The notes beneath the pieces were generated by a model. The model searched no databases, was not told the origin of the DNA, and saw nothing but the letters and a program-made list of their open reading frames with translations. The position numbers and the translations under genes were made by a program. From NCBI GenBank assembly GCA_963837955.1, contig CAWIPH010000002.1:1824001-1888000 (forward strand): 64,000 nucleotides of DNA. Direction: 5' to 3'. Shown here piece by piece: positions 29,209 through 38,925 of this stretch; position 1 is the stretch's first letter; the number at the start of each line of letters is the position of its first letter. The stretch is from an uncultured Verrucomicrobiae bacterium. GTDB taxonomy: Bacteria; Verrucomicrobiota; Verrucomicrobiia; Chthoniobacterales; JAFAMB01.

Positions 29209-30122
29209 AATTAGTTACGTTTAACCTTATCTTTATTCCGATCCTTGCTCTCTGTCTGGGCGCGGTCGGTTACATCGCTCAGCAAGCGATGCTGCAAGCT
29301 GCCCGCCAGCATGTCGCCCAGAATGCTCGGATCATCATGGAGACCGCTCTTTCCAGCCGGACTTACACCACCAAACAAGTTGCGCCGTTGCTGTTGCAAA
29401 AAAATTTCAAGCTCCAGACGGCAGTGGCCGAACTTCGGAAAACAATCGAAGAGGTACCGAAAACGGTTGACCAAAACGTACCGAGCGACGTTCGGACCAG
29501 CCTAAAAAAAGGTTTTGTTCTGGGCCAGCAGCACGCCCTGACGGCGCTCGAACAGTTTGTAACCGCGGTCAAAGGGAAGTCGGATGAATTGCTCGACAAC
29601 GAGTTTCATCCGCAATCTGTTCCGGCATTCGCGGCAACCGAGATATTCGGTTATCTCCGGCAGAAATTTCCGAACTACTTCTATAAAGAAGCGACCCTGA
29701 ACCCAACAAACCCGCGGAATCGGGCTACCGATTGGGAGACGGATGTCGTCAACCAATTTAGGGGTGACTCGGCGCAAACCGAGATCATGGCCACTCGCGA
29801 TACACCGAATGGGCTGTCACTTTTTCTGGCCCGCCCGATCAAGGTTAACAACGTCAGCTGTCTCGAGTGCCATAGTACCGCTGATAAAGCGCCGGTAGAA
29901 ATGATCAAGCTCTACGGTACGGCGAACGGGTTTGGCTGGAAAATGGACGATATTATCGGCGCTCAGATCGTCTCGGTACCGATGTCGGTGCCGGTCCAAT
30001 TAGCGGAAGACTCTTTTCGGATGCTTGTGTTCTGGTTAGCCGGCGCGTTTGTCGTGATCCTTGCTATCGCGAACATCTTGTTGGCGGTATTAAGCCGGCC
30101 GGCCAAAGGCGACAGCAAATAG
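29205..30122 (+). CDS. DUF3365 (Tll0287-like) c-type heme membrane protein
   Basis: Two TMs; PQSVPAFAA, YKEATLNPTNPRNRA, heme motif CLECH, YGTANGFGWK..IIGAQIVSVP; ATGA overlap with the kinase. Confidence 0.85.
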   Translation: MKLVTFNLIFIPILALCLGAVGYIAQQAMLQAARQHVAQNARIIMETALSSRTYTTKQVAPLLLQKNFKLQTAVAELRKTIEEVPKTVDQNVPSDVRTSLKKGFVLGQQHALTALEQFVTAVKGKSDELLDNEFHPQSVPAFAATEIFGYLRQKFPNYFYKEATLNPTNPRNRATDWETDVVNQFRGDSAQTEIMATRDTPNGLSLFLARPIKVNNVSCLECHSTADKAPVEMIKLYGTANGFGWKMDDIIGAQIVSVPMSVPVQLAEDSFRMLVFWLAGAFVVILAIANILLAVLSRPAKGDSK

Positions 30123-30445
30123 CGTAGGGAAGGGCGTTTCCGGCTGCGCATCCCCTGTGCGTGTGCGTGGCGTCAGATCTTAGGCCGATGTTGCCCTCTG
30201 CCGGGAGGGATCGCGTCCTCGCGATCCGCGGCGCACGAGGATCCGACGCCGCGCGCAAGCATTCTGCACCAGGCATCCGAAAGGCTATGTCGGACAGGCT
30301 GTGCGCCCTCCCCGCCCGGGCTTTTAACCCCGGGAAACGCGTTCCAAATGCCGCGCCCTGAAAGCGGCGCTAGAATAGAGGTCCCATTAGAGCGGTCCGG
30401 TTTTCTTGACTTCGCTCGCCTTGGCGCTAGCTTCTCGGTCTCTCC

Positions 30446-30519
30446 GCACCCATAGCTCAATTGGATAGAGCGCAAGTCTACGGAACTTGAGGTTGCATGT
30501 TCGAGCCATGCTGGGTGCA
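30446..30519 (+). tRNA. tRNA-Arg (anticodon ACG), CCA not encoded
   Basis: GCACCCA/TGGGTGC acceptor stem, D-arm TAGCTCAATTGGATAGAGC, anticodon arm CAAGT-ctACGga-ACTTG, T-loop GTTCGAG. Confidence 0.95.
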
Positions 30520-30782
30520 GATCAGCTACCAAAGCCAATCGGCGACGGTTAGACAAGCTGACAAAATCAACAGGCGGAAAACCGGTATCCTCGTTTCTCG
30601 GTTGGCTTGCGCTTCCCGATCAGTCTGGCGTTAATCTTTATGTGTGGACCGCTGTTGTCGTTGAAGGACTAACGTAAGTAGCGTATTCCCAGATTTGAGA
30701 GCCTTGGATTATTCGAAAAGCCATCTTCGTTGCGCGGAATTCAGGAGGTTTAACTAAAAGACCTTCTAAAAATTCAAAAAGG

Positions 30783-31451
30783 ATGGCACAATCCCGCCCC
30801 GTGAACGGCAAAGCTTCGGAGTGGTCGAGACGCGATTTTGTTAAGCGCGCTTTCGCGGCTGGCGTAGCAACCATGGCGCTCGGTTGCCTTCCCTGTCAGT
30901 CTCAAACAGTAACATGCCGCGTTGCTCTTCTGGGCGCAGATCCATATGGCCGTAGGGTTTTACGGTCGCTTCTGCATGTCCCGAATACCGAGCTTGTGGC
31001 TCTGTGGCATGACGATCAGCGGCACTTACTGATGGCTGCCGAGAGAGTCGAACAAATCGCGTACTCCACGCCTCGAGCCTATGTCGATCATCTTGAACTA
31101 CTCAACCGAGAACATGTTGATTTGGTGATTGTTGCTGCACCGAACGGAGAACACGGCACGCAAATCGCCGCCGCCATGACACATGCCTCCCACGTGCTCA
31201 TTGTTCAACCAGTCTGCCGAACGATTAACGGACTTGGCCACCTCACATCCGCTCAGCTTCGCCGAGGGCGCTTCGTCCAAGTAGGTCGCGAGATACGTTT
31301 AGTCCCGGAACTGGTTTCTCTGTCTGAACTCGTTCAAGATAGGCTCAGTGTTACAAATGCTCGCCCGACCTCATCTGCCAGCCTGCAGGGCCGAGCACGC
31401 GATGGCCGGGTCTTTTCTGAATGGGCCGTCTGGGTAGAGCATCTTGTGTAG
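30783..31451 (+). CDS. Tat-signal Gfo/Idh/MocA-like oxidoreductase, degenerate and C-terminally truncated
   Basis: SRRDFVK twin-arginine motif; RVALLG; ELVAL; VDLVIVAAPNGEH; the family EKP motif appears as VQP; only 222 aa. Confidence 0.6.
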   Translation: MAQSRPVNGKASEWSRRDFVKRAFAAGVATMALGCLPCQSQTVTCRVALLGADPYGRRVLRSLLHVPNTELVALWHDDQRHLLMAAERVEQIAYSTPRAYVDHLELLNREHVDLVIVAAPNGEHGTQIAAAMTHASHVLIVQPVCRTINGLGHLTSAQLRRGRFVQVGREIRLVPELVSLSELVQDRLSVTNARPTSSASLQGRARDGRVFSEWAVWVEHLV

Positions 31452-31513
31452 CGGCCCCTGAAAGATCGATTGCATACCCTGCCTTGGCTTAAACATCAGC
31501 GCTTGCAACCTCT

Positions 31514-32647
31514 ATGAGCACGATTGTCGAACCGACTGACGCACAACTACAGGCACTGGTCGAACCTTATCTGAGTAAACAAACCAGCGGCTTGGCATTT
31601 GCCATTGGTTGCGCGAGCCCGACTTTTCAAAAGCTTTTTGTCCAAGGGAGCCTTTTCAATCAAAATAATGTGGAGCTGGAGTTAGGACCAAATACCTATT
31701 TTGAGCTCGGCTCACTCAGTAAGACCTTCACCACCACCCTTTGTGCATTCCTCGGAGGTCAACACCAACCAAAATGGGAAGAGCAGAGTGTTAAGGATTA
31801 TGGTCGCGGCTTTAAGCGAGATGGAATACAGGTCGGTTCGCAGTTTCATCCGATCCCATTGTTAGCCCTCGCCAATTTCACCTCAGGTTTACCGGCAGAT
31901 AACCTGGGCAGTAAAGGGACCGTACCGAAATTCTTGCCCATTCCTTACTCACCGGCAGCGATGTTAGGATACCTCAATGGGACAACCACCCTTAAGCCCA
32001 ACAAGATCAGCGAAGCCTATACTTACTCGAACCTCGCCTTCTCGATTCTTAGCCAGATCATACCACTGTTTAGCGCCAAGACATCGTCCCAGGATTTCCC
32101 AGAGCTCATGTCCGAGTGGGTGTTTGGACCGCTGAACATGCAGAATAGTCACTACTTCGAAGACATTTTCTTAGATCAATTAGCGGTCGGATACGTCTAC
32201 CCCGGCGCCGTTGCAGGTGTACCCGGACATAACGTCTTTCCCGCCTATTACGGAGGTGGCGGGGTCGTTTCCACCCCTGGCGATATCCTGACCTGGCTGC
32301 AGTTTAATATGGGAATCTTAACCAATAACCAGCTAAGCCTGGTCCTACAAAAAACCCAGAGTCCGTCGACCAACGTAACGGCTGGCGGCGCTACTCGCCT
32401 GGGCTTGGGATGGTTTATAATCGAACCGTCGTCATCAGGTCCGGGCTCGGTTTTCAAGAATGGCGCCCTTAATGGATATAGCAGTTACCTGCAGTTTCTG
32501 CCTTGGATCGGATTATCGGCTCCTTCACAAGCAGGGGCCTTTGTGTTAACCAATTCCAGCAAGCTCAAGACGAGTTCGCAAAAGCCCGCAGACCAAACGA
32601 TCGTGCAGGCCGTCCTGGCGATAATGCAAGGCAAAACACCGGCTTAG
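31514..32647 (+). CDS. Serine hydrolase, class C beta-lactamase/AmpH family
   Basis: FELGSLSKTF (SxxK), FTSGLP, YTYSN (YxN), KNG. Confidence 0.85.
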   Translation: MSTIVEPTDAQLQALVEPYLSKQTSGLAFAIGCASPTFQKLFVQGSLFNQNNVELELGPNTYFELGSLSKTFTTTLCAFLGGQHQPKWEEQSVKDYGRGFKRDGIQVGSQFHPIPLLALANFTSGLPADNLGSKGTVPKFLPIPYSPAAMLGYLNGTTTLKPNKISEAYTYSNLAFSILSQIIPLFSAKTSSQDFPELMSEWVFGPLNMQNSHYFEDIFLDQLAVGYVYPGAVAGVPGHNVFPAYYGGGGVVSTPGDILTWLQFNMGILTNNQLSLVLQKTQSPSTNVTAGGATRLGLGWFIIEPSSSGPGSVFKNGALNGYSSYLQFLPWIGLSAPSQAGAFVLTNSSKLKTSSQKPADQTIVQAVLAIMQGKTPA

Positions 32648-32670
32648 TCCGCAAAAACAGAGGGTTCCCT

Positions 32671-33855
32671 ATGAGTAAGATCGTTCCACCCACAACGAAA
32701 TATCTGGATAGCTTGGTCGACCCGTACCTCGCTAACCAGCCTTCCGGGCTGGCGTTCGTGATTGGTTATGTAGGCCCTTCATTCCAACATATCTACTTCA
32801 AGGGGAATCTGGCCAATCAATTCCGGAAAGAGCTGCCTTTAGATCAGAACACTTACTTCGAGCTCGCCTCGGTAAGTAAAACTTTTACGGCGACTCTGGC
32901 CGCAGCCGTCGGCTCGAAATATCAGCCAAATTGGGAGACTCAGTACGTCCAGAACTATACTGTCGGCGCGGTGTCCGGAGGCTTGCGTATAGGATCACAG
33001 TTTGGTCCTATGCCACTCCCCTCATTGCTAAGCTATACCTCCGGCTTGCCCGCAGACAATGGTGCAGCTGACGATTTACCGATTCCGCTGCCAATCCCGT
33101 ATTCCCCGGCGGGAATGCTCGGGTATCTGAATATGACGTCGCTGACACCGACCGACATCGGCACAAGATATCGGTACTCAAATCTCGGTTTTTCCATTAT
33201 GGCGCAAATTTTGCCCCTGTTTAAAACCATTCCGTCGCTTCCCGACTTCACCAGCCTGATGTCGGAGATGGTGCTAGACCCGCTCAACCTGCGTGACACC
33301 TACTTTTTTCAGGATATTCCGTTAGATAAATTAGCGTTAGGGTACACGTACGAGAACTCGCAGACAAATCCAACGCCAGTACCTCCAGGGTGGCCTAACT
33401 TTGACGCGTACTATGGTGCCGGAGGCGTCGTGTCGACACCCCGCGACATGATGACCTGGTTACGCTTCAACATGGGTCTGATCGACGACAGAAAAGACAG
33501 TAATTTGGCCGACCTTTTGCCACAACTACAATCCCCGGCTACTGCGACAAAAACTCCTTGGGGCGACCAGTTAGGATTATCATGGTTTTTGACTTCTCCA
33601 GTCTATTTTGGTCCGAGCGGCGCCGTCTGGAAAGATGGCGAAATCTCGGGAACCAACACCTACATCACCTTTCTTCCTTGGGTAGATACGTTTCGTCCGT
33701 CAGAGGCCGGGGTGTTCGTCCTAACTAATTGTGATAGCCTTCTACTTAATGGGACAGAGATTGTAGCCGCGATCGCGAATGACGTGCTACTCGTCATGCA
33801 AGGCGTGACGCCGCCCGCCGATAAATCGAACTACCCTCGGGTATTTGGTCGATGA
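32671..33855 (+). CDS. Serine hydrolase, class C beta-lactamase/AmpH family (paralog)
   Basis: FELASVSKTF, YTSGLP, YRYSN, KDG; start MSKIVP chosen by similarity to the upstream paralog. Confidence 0.85.
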   Translation: MSKIVPPTTKYLDSLVDPYLANQPSGLAFVIGYVGPSFQHIYFKGNLANQFRKELPLDQNTYFELASVSKTFTATLAAAVGSKYQPNWETQYVQNYTVGAVSGGLRIGSQFGPMPLPSLLSYTSGLPADNGAADDLPIPLPIPYSPAGMLGYLNMTSLTPTDIGTRYRYSNLGFSIMAQILPLFKTIPSLPDFTSLMSEMVLDPLNLRDTYFFQDIPLDKLALGYTYENSQTNPTPVPPGWPNFDAYYGAGGVVSTPRDMMTWLRFNMGLIDDRKDSNLADLLPQLQSPATATKTPWGDQLGLSWFLTSPVYFGPSGAVWKDGEISGTNTYITFLPWVDTFRPSEAGVFVLTNCDSLLLNGTEIVAAIANDVLLVMQGVTPPADKSNYPRVFGR

Positions 33856-34030
33856 TGGTTATCTTTTCGGCCTGGTGGTCGAGACTAGACCGTTACCTCC
33901 CCGAAGGCGCGCAGGAAGTTAGCCCAGGTGTCTGTCGGATTTTGGCCCATAAGACTGATGAGGCGTATGGATGAAGATGTCGCATCGACCTGATGAAGCA
34001 CATCAAGGTAGGGCGAAATAATAGCTACGC

Positions 34031-34468
34031 TTAGGCAGGAACTTTCCGGTCTGTGAACCTGCGTCGTTTGTCTGCCTCAACCTGTGCGAGCCACTCCCTT
34101 GTCCGGTCCCAGTTTTCCGGAGCGAATGCGCGGTTAACTTCCTCACGGTAGTCGTGAAACGACACCAGGGGGTCGATCTGGGATTTTAATGGAATCCCAA
34201 CCGCACGGACCACAACGTCCCAGTTGTACCAGTCAGATTCGGGTGCACCTGGCTTGAGCTGGGCCGCAGGCATCAAGTCCAAATTGACATGCCCTCGGTC
34301 ACGGATAACGCGGATCGCCAAATAATGGCGAACGCCAATTAGGACCCAGTTTCCGAAGTGTTTCGCATCCGGTCCGCTCTGTTCCCACAACTTAAAACCC
34401 CAATCCTTTAGCGTAAGGCCTGTTCTTTTGAACAAAGGATCTTCTCGTTTCACCGTGCAACCTCCCAT
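34031..34468 (-). CDS. Hypothetical protein
   Basis: 145-aa open frame with plausible composition, no recognised motif. Confidence 0.55.
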   Translation of the reverse strand: MGGCTVKREDPLFKRTGLTLKDWGFKLWEQSGPDAKHFGNWVLIGVRHYLAIRVIRDRGHVNLDLMPAAQLKPGAPESDWYNWDVVVRAVGIPLKSQIDPLVSFHDYREEVNRAFAPENWDRTREWLAQVEADKRRRFTDRKVPA

Positions 34469-34647
34469 CGATCAGCTATCAGTCTGGGAAGCTATCCATA
34501 GCTGGCGAGATAGTCCAACTCCATTTCCAGAGTAGCGTCCTCCGCCCAGCCATTTCTGCCGTCAGGTGGCAATTGGGACAACAATTGCGGTAATTGCGCC
34601 AAAAAAGAGCTAATCCCGCAAACGCTGGGCTATCGGTTGAACAATCC

Positions 34648-35415
34648 ATGAACCCATCATTTGCTCAAAAAGTGGTATTGATCACTGGCGGAACCTCTGG
34701 AATCGGGCGCGCAACGGCAGTCGCTTTTGCCGAACAAGGCGCAAACGTTGTCGTCGCCGGGCGGCGTGAGGCCGAGGGAGCGGAGTCGGTCAGGCTCCTT
34801 GAGAAGACAGGCGGCAAGGGTTTGTTTGTCCGTACCGATGTAGCAATCGAAAGAGAGGTCGAAGCAATGGTCGCTCGCACGGTCGAATATTTTGGACGGC
34901 TTGACTTCGCTTTCAACAACGCTGGGGTTTCGGGGGGAGAGATGGATTCAGGGAAGGGGATTGCAAACACGAATGACTTTTTCAACCGCATCATGGACAC
35001 CAACGTCCGCGGCGTCTTCTTCAGCTTGAAACATGAGATCCCTGCTATTCTCCAGTCCGGAGGCGGCGCAATCGTGAACAACGCTTCGGTCGCAGGTCTG
35101 AGCGCAATTATTGCCGGACAACCGATTTACACCGCCAGCAAGTTCGCGGTTGTCGGTCTCACCAGATCGGTGGCGCTCGAATTCGCTGCCAAAGGCGTTC
35201 GGGTGAATGCCGTTTGTCCAGCAATTATCGAAACCGAGATGACGGAGAAGCTCCGCCAAAACAATGAGCTGCGCGCAAATTTTACGGCGAGGCACCCAAT
35301 CGGCCGGTTTGGGCAATCGGAAGAAGTTGCGGCAGCGGTGCTCTATCTCTGCTCGCCGGGAGCTGCATTCATCACCGGAGCCGCATTACCTGTGGATGGC
35401 GGTATCCTCGCGTAA
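34648..35415 (+). CDS. Short-chain dehydrogenase/reductase (glucose 1-dehydrogenase-like)
   Basis: TGGTSGIG, NNAG, YTASK, VRVNAVCP, VDGG. Confidence 0.92.
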   Translation: MNPSFAQKVVLITGGTSGIGRATAVAFAEQGANVVVAGRREAEGAESVRLLEKTGGKGLFVRTDVAIEREVEAMVARTVEYFGRLDFAFNNAGVSGGEMDSGKGIANTNDFFNRIMDTNVRGVFFSLKHEIPAILQSGGGAIVNNASVAGLSAIIAGQPIYTASKFAVVGLTRSVALEFAAKGVRVNAVCPAIIETEMTEKLRQNNELRANFTARHPIGRFGQSEEVAAAVLYLCSPGAAFITGAALPVDGGILA

Positions 35416-35480
35416 ACTCTCGCGTTGACTGCGTGAGCTCTGCTTTAATCCCTTCCGCTGTCATCACTTTTGCCCAGATT

Positions 35481-36053
35481 TCAGTTTTTGAGAACTGTCA
35501 CCGCCCTGACTTGGCGTACCCAACGCGCCGCGCGTTTCTCGCCGGGAACGATAACGCGAAAGGATCCCTCGCTCGGTGGCAGCGGTTGGCCATCCTTGGT
35601 GTCGGCTAAGAGGATGATCCGATCAGTCAACTCCGAGTCAAGCTCGGCTAACGCGAACGCCGCCCGGTAGCCGTCGGTCGCCTCGATGAGCACGGTGATT
35701 GCCACCGTTTCACGGATACGCGCCGTGCCGGATTCGAGCTGGAGGCCGCCCGCCTTAAGCACCTCCACCAAGGGGGTTCCGGAATAGACAATCTCTCTGC
35801 CGGAGTCGTGAGGATCGGTCGTGCGCAATTCCGTCCGGGGCAATTGGTGCAACTCGGCTGCTTCGATTCGCCGGGGATTGGGCACGTCTCCTCGTAAGTC
35901 CAGAAAGTCTTCCGCTCGAGCGTTAGTGCCGCCCGCACCGCCGGACTTATCCTGCGCCCAGGCGCTGTCGATAGACCATAGACAGAGCATCCACGTCAGG
36001 CTCAGAAGCAGGGCGCAGGAAGCAAGATGGTTCGACCAAGTCGCCATTTTCAT
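35481..36053 (-). CDS. Exported small molybdopterin-oxidoreductase-like domain protein
   Basis: Signal-like N-terminus; YSGTPL, ATDGYRAAF, DGQPL..EG.FRVIVPGEKR.ARWVRQV. Confidence 0.7.
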   Translation of the reverse strand: MKMATWSNHLASCALLLSLTWMLCLWSIDSAWAQDKSGGAGGTNARAEDFLDLRGDVPNPRRIEAAELHQLPRTELRTTDPHDSGREIVYSGTPLVEVLKAGGLQLESGTARIRETVAITVLIEATDGYRAAFALAELDSELTDRIILLADTKDGQPLPPSEGSFRVIVPGEKRAARWVRQVRAVTVLKN

Positions 36054-36281
36054 ACAGTCAGTTCTCGTCCGCTGTCCGTTGCAGATCAAAGACGGACTGG
36101 ATACTCTACAAAAGAGCCTCAAACAGGTGCTCAGTTACTTGAATCTTTAGACGCGACCCTTCCAGGACCTACGATACGTTGGTAAAGCAGATTCATTGCG
36201 GAGGAAGGTGAAGAAGAGGTAATTCTTTGTACACTTGTACGGCACGGCCTCAAACACTTTGGGTGCGCTTTCAACCGTAAT

Positions 36282-36650
36282 TTAGGGCGCTCTGCGCCCT
36301 TTCAGCGCGGCTGTCAGCATTTCATCTATGATCCCTTCGAGCTGCAGCAACCGGGGAGCGCTTAACCCGTACCGAACCAAATGTCCCGTATCTTCCACCT
36401 TTACACAGCCGGAGCCCAATAAGCGTTCGAGATTGGACGAAATATCGCTGCGGGATAGACCCGTTGCGCTGGCGATCTGCGCATCCGTTTTGGCTCCCTC
36501 GCAGAGAGTCTGCATGATACAGAATTGCGAGCGATCGGCCAAGTGGCCGAACAGTTCTTCCTGACAATCCAAATCAAACCCGCTCGGCGACCGGCTTTTT
36601 GGTTTCGGATTTCCGCGGTTAGCGGAATCTAGATCAAGTGAAATATTCAT
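36282..36650 (-). CDS. ArsR/SmtB-like winged-helix regulator (divergent sequence)
   Basis: LFGHLADRSQFCIMQTL...ATGLSRSDISSNLERL.GSGCV...VRYGL. Confidence 0.65.
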   Translation of the reverse strand: MNISLDLDSANRGNPKPKSRSPSGFDLDCQEELFGHLADRSQFCIMQTLCEGAKTDAQIASATGLSRSDISSNLERLLGSGCVKVEDTGHLVRYGLSAPRLLQLEGIIDEMLTAALKGRRAP

Positions 36651-36705
36651 ATAAGATACATCTATTCTTAACTTGCCATAAAGCAATATGTAAAATACAT
36701 GTTTG
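36640..36705. promoter_or_regulatory. Two NsrR-type operators in the divergent arsR-like/nsrR promoter
   Basis: On the minus strand cATGTAT-tttac-ATATTG and gATGTAT-cttat-ATGAAT resemble the NsrR consensus ATGYAT-N5-ATRCAT. Confidence 0.65.
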
Positions 36706-36716
36706 ATAGATTTTCT

Positions 36717-37175
36717 ATGCGCCTTACGTTCTCTACGGATTATGCCTTGCGTCTATTGATGCTGGTTGGACTCGAAATGGACCGCCTTGTGACAATCGAA
36801 GAGGTCGCGGATCGCTTTGGAATATCCAAAAACCACCTGATGAAAGTGGCGTACCAGCTCGGGCAAGCAGGATACCTTGAAACCGTTCGGGGCCGGAATG
36901 GAGGGTTGCGCTTAGGAAAGGCGCCAAGCCAGATTGTAGTGGGGGAGGTCGTCCGCAAAATCGAACCGGACTTCGCGGTGGTCGAATGCGAGAATCCGGA
37001 GGGCTACTGCAGGATCGCACCCTGTTGCACATTGCGCTCTGCAATGGCGAAAGCGGTCCAGGCCTTTCTGGAGAAACTGGATCAGTACACTCTCGAGGAC
37101 CTGCTTCGACCCAAATTGAAACTGCGGCAGTTGCTCGGCGTCGATCAGAAGATAGCGTCTGCCCACAGTCAATAA
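36717..37175 (+). CDS. nsrR: Rrf2-family NO-sensing repressor NsrR
   Basis: MRLT..TDYALR.L, ISKNHLMKV, VRGRNGG, three Cys (VEC..GYC..PCC.L). Confidence 0.85.
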   Translation: MRLTFSTDYALRLLMLVGLEMDRLVTIEEVADRFGISKNHLMKVAYQLGQAGYLETVRGRNGGLRLGKAPSQIVVGEVVRKIEPDFAVVECENPEGYCRIAPCCTLRSAMAKAVQAFLEKLDQYTLEDLLRPKLKLRQLLGVDQKIASAHSQ

Positions 37176-37670
37176 AGAGTCGCGATTGAACGCGTCAAGC
37201 CGGATCCGGGCCGCTCCCGACGCGTATCGCAGCATGACTGACTCTTCCGTTTCAGATGCTGGTTAAAGGCTTTCTAATCGCTGGTCTGCCGATTCTCGGA
37301 ACAGAGCTCGAATGTCCCAACGAGCAATAAGACAGCGAACGTCATGCGCCAGAACACCGGCGCGGCAAAAAAAACGACGCTGGAGCGCCGAAGACGGTAA
37401 TCGAAAGCCCTCAGCTCGAAGTTGCTCCATGCCGGTTCGTCGGTCAATACGATATCGAGTCGATGAGAGGCCGGTGGCCTAACAGCGACCCAATCTTCTC
37501 TTCCCGGCAGAACCAGGCGTGAAGACTCAAAACCAGACCTCAAGATTTTGTAGGCCAAAAACTTGGGAAGAATCGGTTACGCGGACTGAAGCCGCCGCGG
37601 ACGGTCCCTGCGCCACTGTTTAAGAATGGCGTCGCAAGCGGAAAAGATGCCGAGCTCGGCCGTTCCAATC

Positions 37671-37734
37671 AAACATGCATTATATATATTGCTTTGTGAG
37701 CGTTCGGTCATACATGTATATTATATGAATCTTT
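37671..37734 (+). promoter_or_regulatory. Two NsrR-type operators overlapping the promoter/start of the downstream gene
   Basis: aaacATGCATtatatATATTGcttt and atacATGTATattatATGAATcttt. Confidence 0.65.
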
Positions 37735-38045
37735 TAATTGACCCAGCTCTCAATCGCGAAATAAACACGTCGCCTGGAGCAGACGTTAAGGCGAGTAAAG
37801 TCACTAGGACTCATAGCCGTTTTCTCAGAGTTGCAGTACTACCGGATACAGCAGCCAGAGAGAAGGCCGTCATGACGAGACTCATGCTGGGCTCTCTGTC
37901 TGGATTGATTTCTGCCTTCGCCGCCATTCTTACGACAGTGGTCTATTCGACAGTTCTTGAATGGCGCTACTTCTGGCTAGCCGTGTGTGTTGCCGGTTTC
38001 ATCGGTTTGGTCGTGTTCCTATGGAAGGCTTGCGAACAATTTTAG
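37725..38045 (+). CDS. Small two-TM hypothetical membrane protein
   Basis: MNLLIDP...; two hydrophobic helices at the C-terminus. Confidence 0.55.
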   Translation: MNLLIDPALNREINTSPGADVKASKVTRTHSRFLRVAVLPDTAAREKAVMTRLMLGSLSGLISAFAAILTTVVYSTVLEWRYFWLAVCVAGFIGLVVFLWKACEQF

Positions 38046-38150
38046 GGACCGAAAGTAATGGTAACTTAACGGACTGCTAGTTCGCTTTAAGATTTCCGCG
38101 AGGGACTCAGGAATTTACGATGCGATCGACAAATAGCCCGACGTTGGGAG

Positions 38151-38531
38151 GTGCCTATGACGATGATCCAGATTAAGCGAGTGTATGAGCCGGCCGCGAA
38201 AGAGGATGGCGCGCGATTCCTGGTGGAACGCCTGTGGCCGCGGGGGATGAAAAAAGAGGCGTTGCCTATGGATGCCTGGTGCAGGGACGCAGCCCCCAGC
38301 GACGATCTTCGCCACTGGTTCAGCCACGATCCAGCCAAATGGAAGGAATTCCAACGACGCTATCGGGCCGAGCTCGCCGGCAATCCTCCAGCCTGCCAAC
38401 AGCTGTTGGACGCGGCCAGGCAGGGCAACATCACACTCCTATACAGCGCTCACGACACCAAACATAATAACGCCATCGTGCTAAAGTCCTACTTGGAAGA
38501 ACGATTGACTGGTAAGAAAAGTCGACCATAG
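38151..38531 (+). CDS. yeaO: DUF488 (YeaO-type) protein
   Basis: IKRVYEP...DG.RFLVERLWPRG, APS..LRHWF.H, ITLLYSA.D..HNNA. Confidence 0.88.
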   Translation: MPMTMIQIKRVYEPAAKEDGARFLVERLWPRGMKKEALPMDAWCRDAAPSDDLRHWFSHDPAKWKEFQRRYRAELAGNPPACQQLLDAARQGNITLLYSAHDTKHNNAIVLKSYLEERLTGKKSRP

Positions 38532-38701
38532 CTAGTTCCGCCGGGATCTGTACGGGCGATGACCAAGCAATGGACATTCCTACCGCGATAGGAGGATTGT
38601 TGAAGGCAGAACCAATGTTATCGAGTATGATCTCGTTGCACCGCCTCGACATCCAGAGCATCTCGCTCCGAAAGGCGCGGCGAACCACTTGGTAGGTGTA
38701 G

Positions 38702-38791
38702 ATGACGCTCGTTGAACAACTTGCCGCATTCGTGGTGTGCTCCCCTCACGACAAACTGTCAGCGCCCACCAACAAATCGACAGGTTCCTAA
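38702..38791 (+). pseudogene. Possible N-terminal relic of an MmgE/PrpD-family gene
   Basis: MTLVEQLAAFVVCSPHDKLS...* after AGGTG; resembles the PrpD-family N-terminus, stops after 29 aa. Confidence 0.3.
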
Positions 38792-38925
38792 GCAATAATC
38801 AATTACCGAAGAATCTCGCAGAGAGCCGCAGCGATTTCTACGCGATAACCGCCGAGCGGCGGCTCAGAAACCTGTAGTCATGGCAATCACCGGGGACGCC
38901 GATGCGCAGGTCGTTTCGGATCCGT

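Noticed and set aside
32503..32670. Longer start for the second serine hydrolase
   Set aside because: It overlaps the upstream paralog; the paralog alignment supports ATG 32671
31514..33855. Antibiotic-resistance ampC genes
   Set aside because: Only family-level motifs and no signal peptides; resistance cannot be claimed
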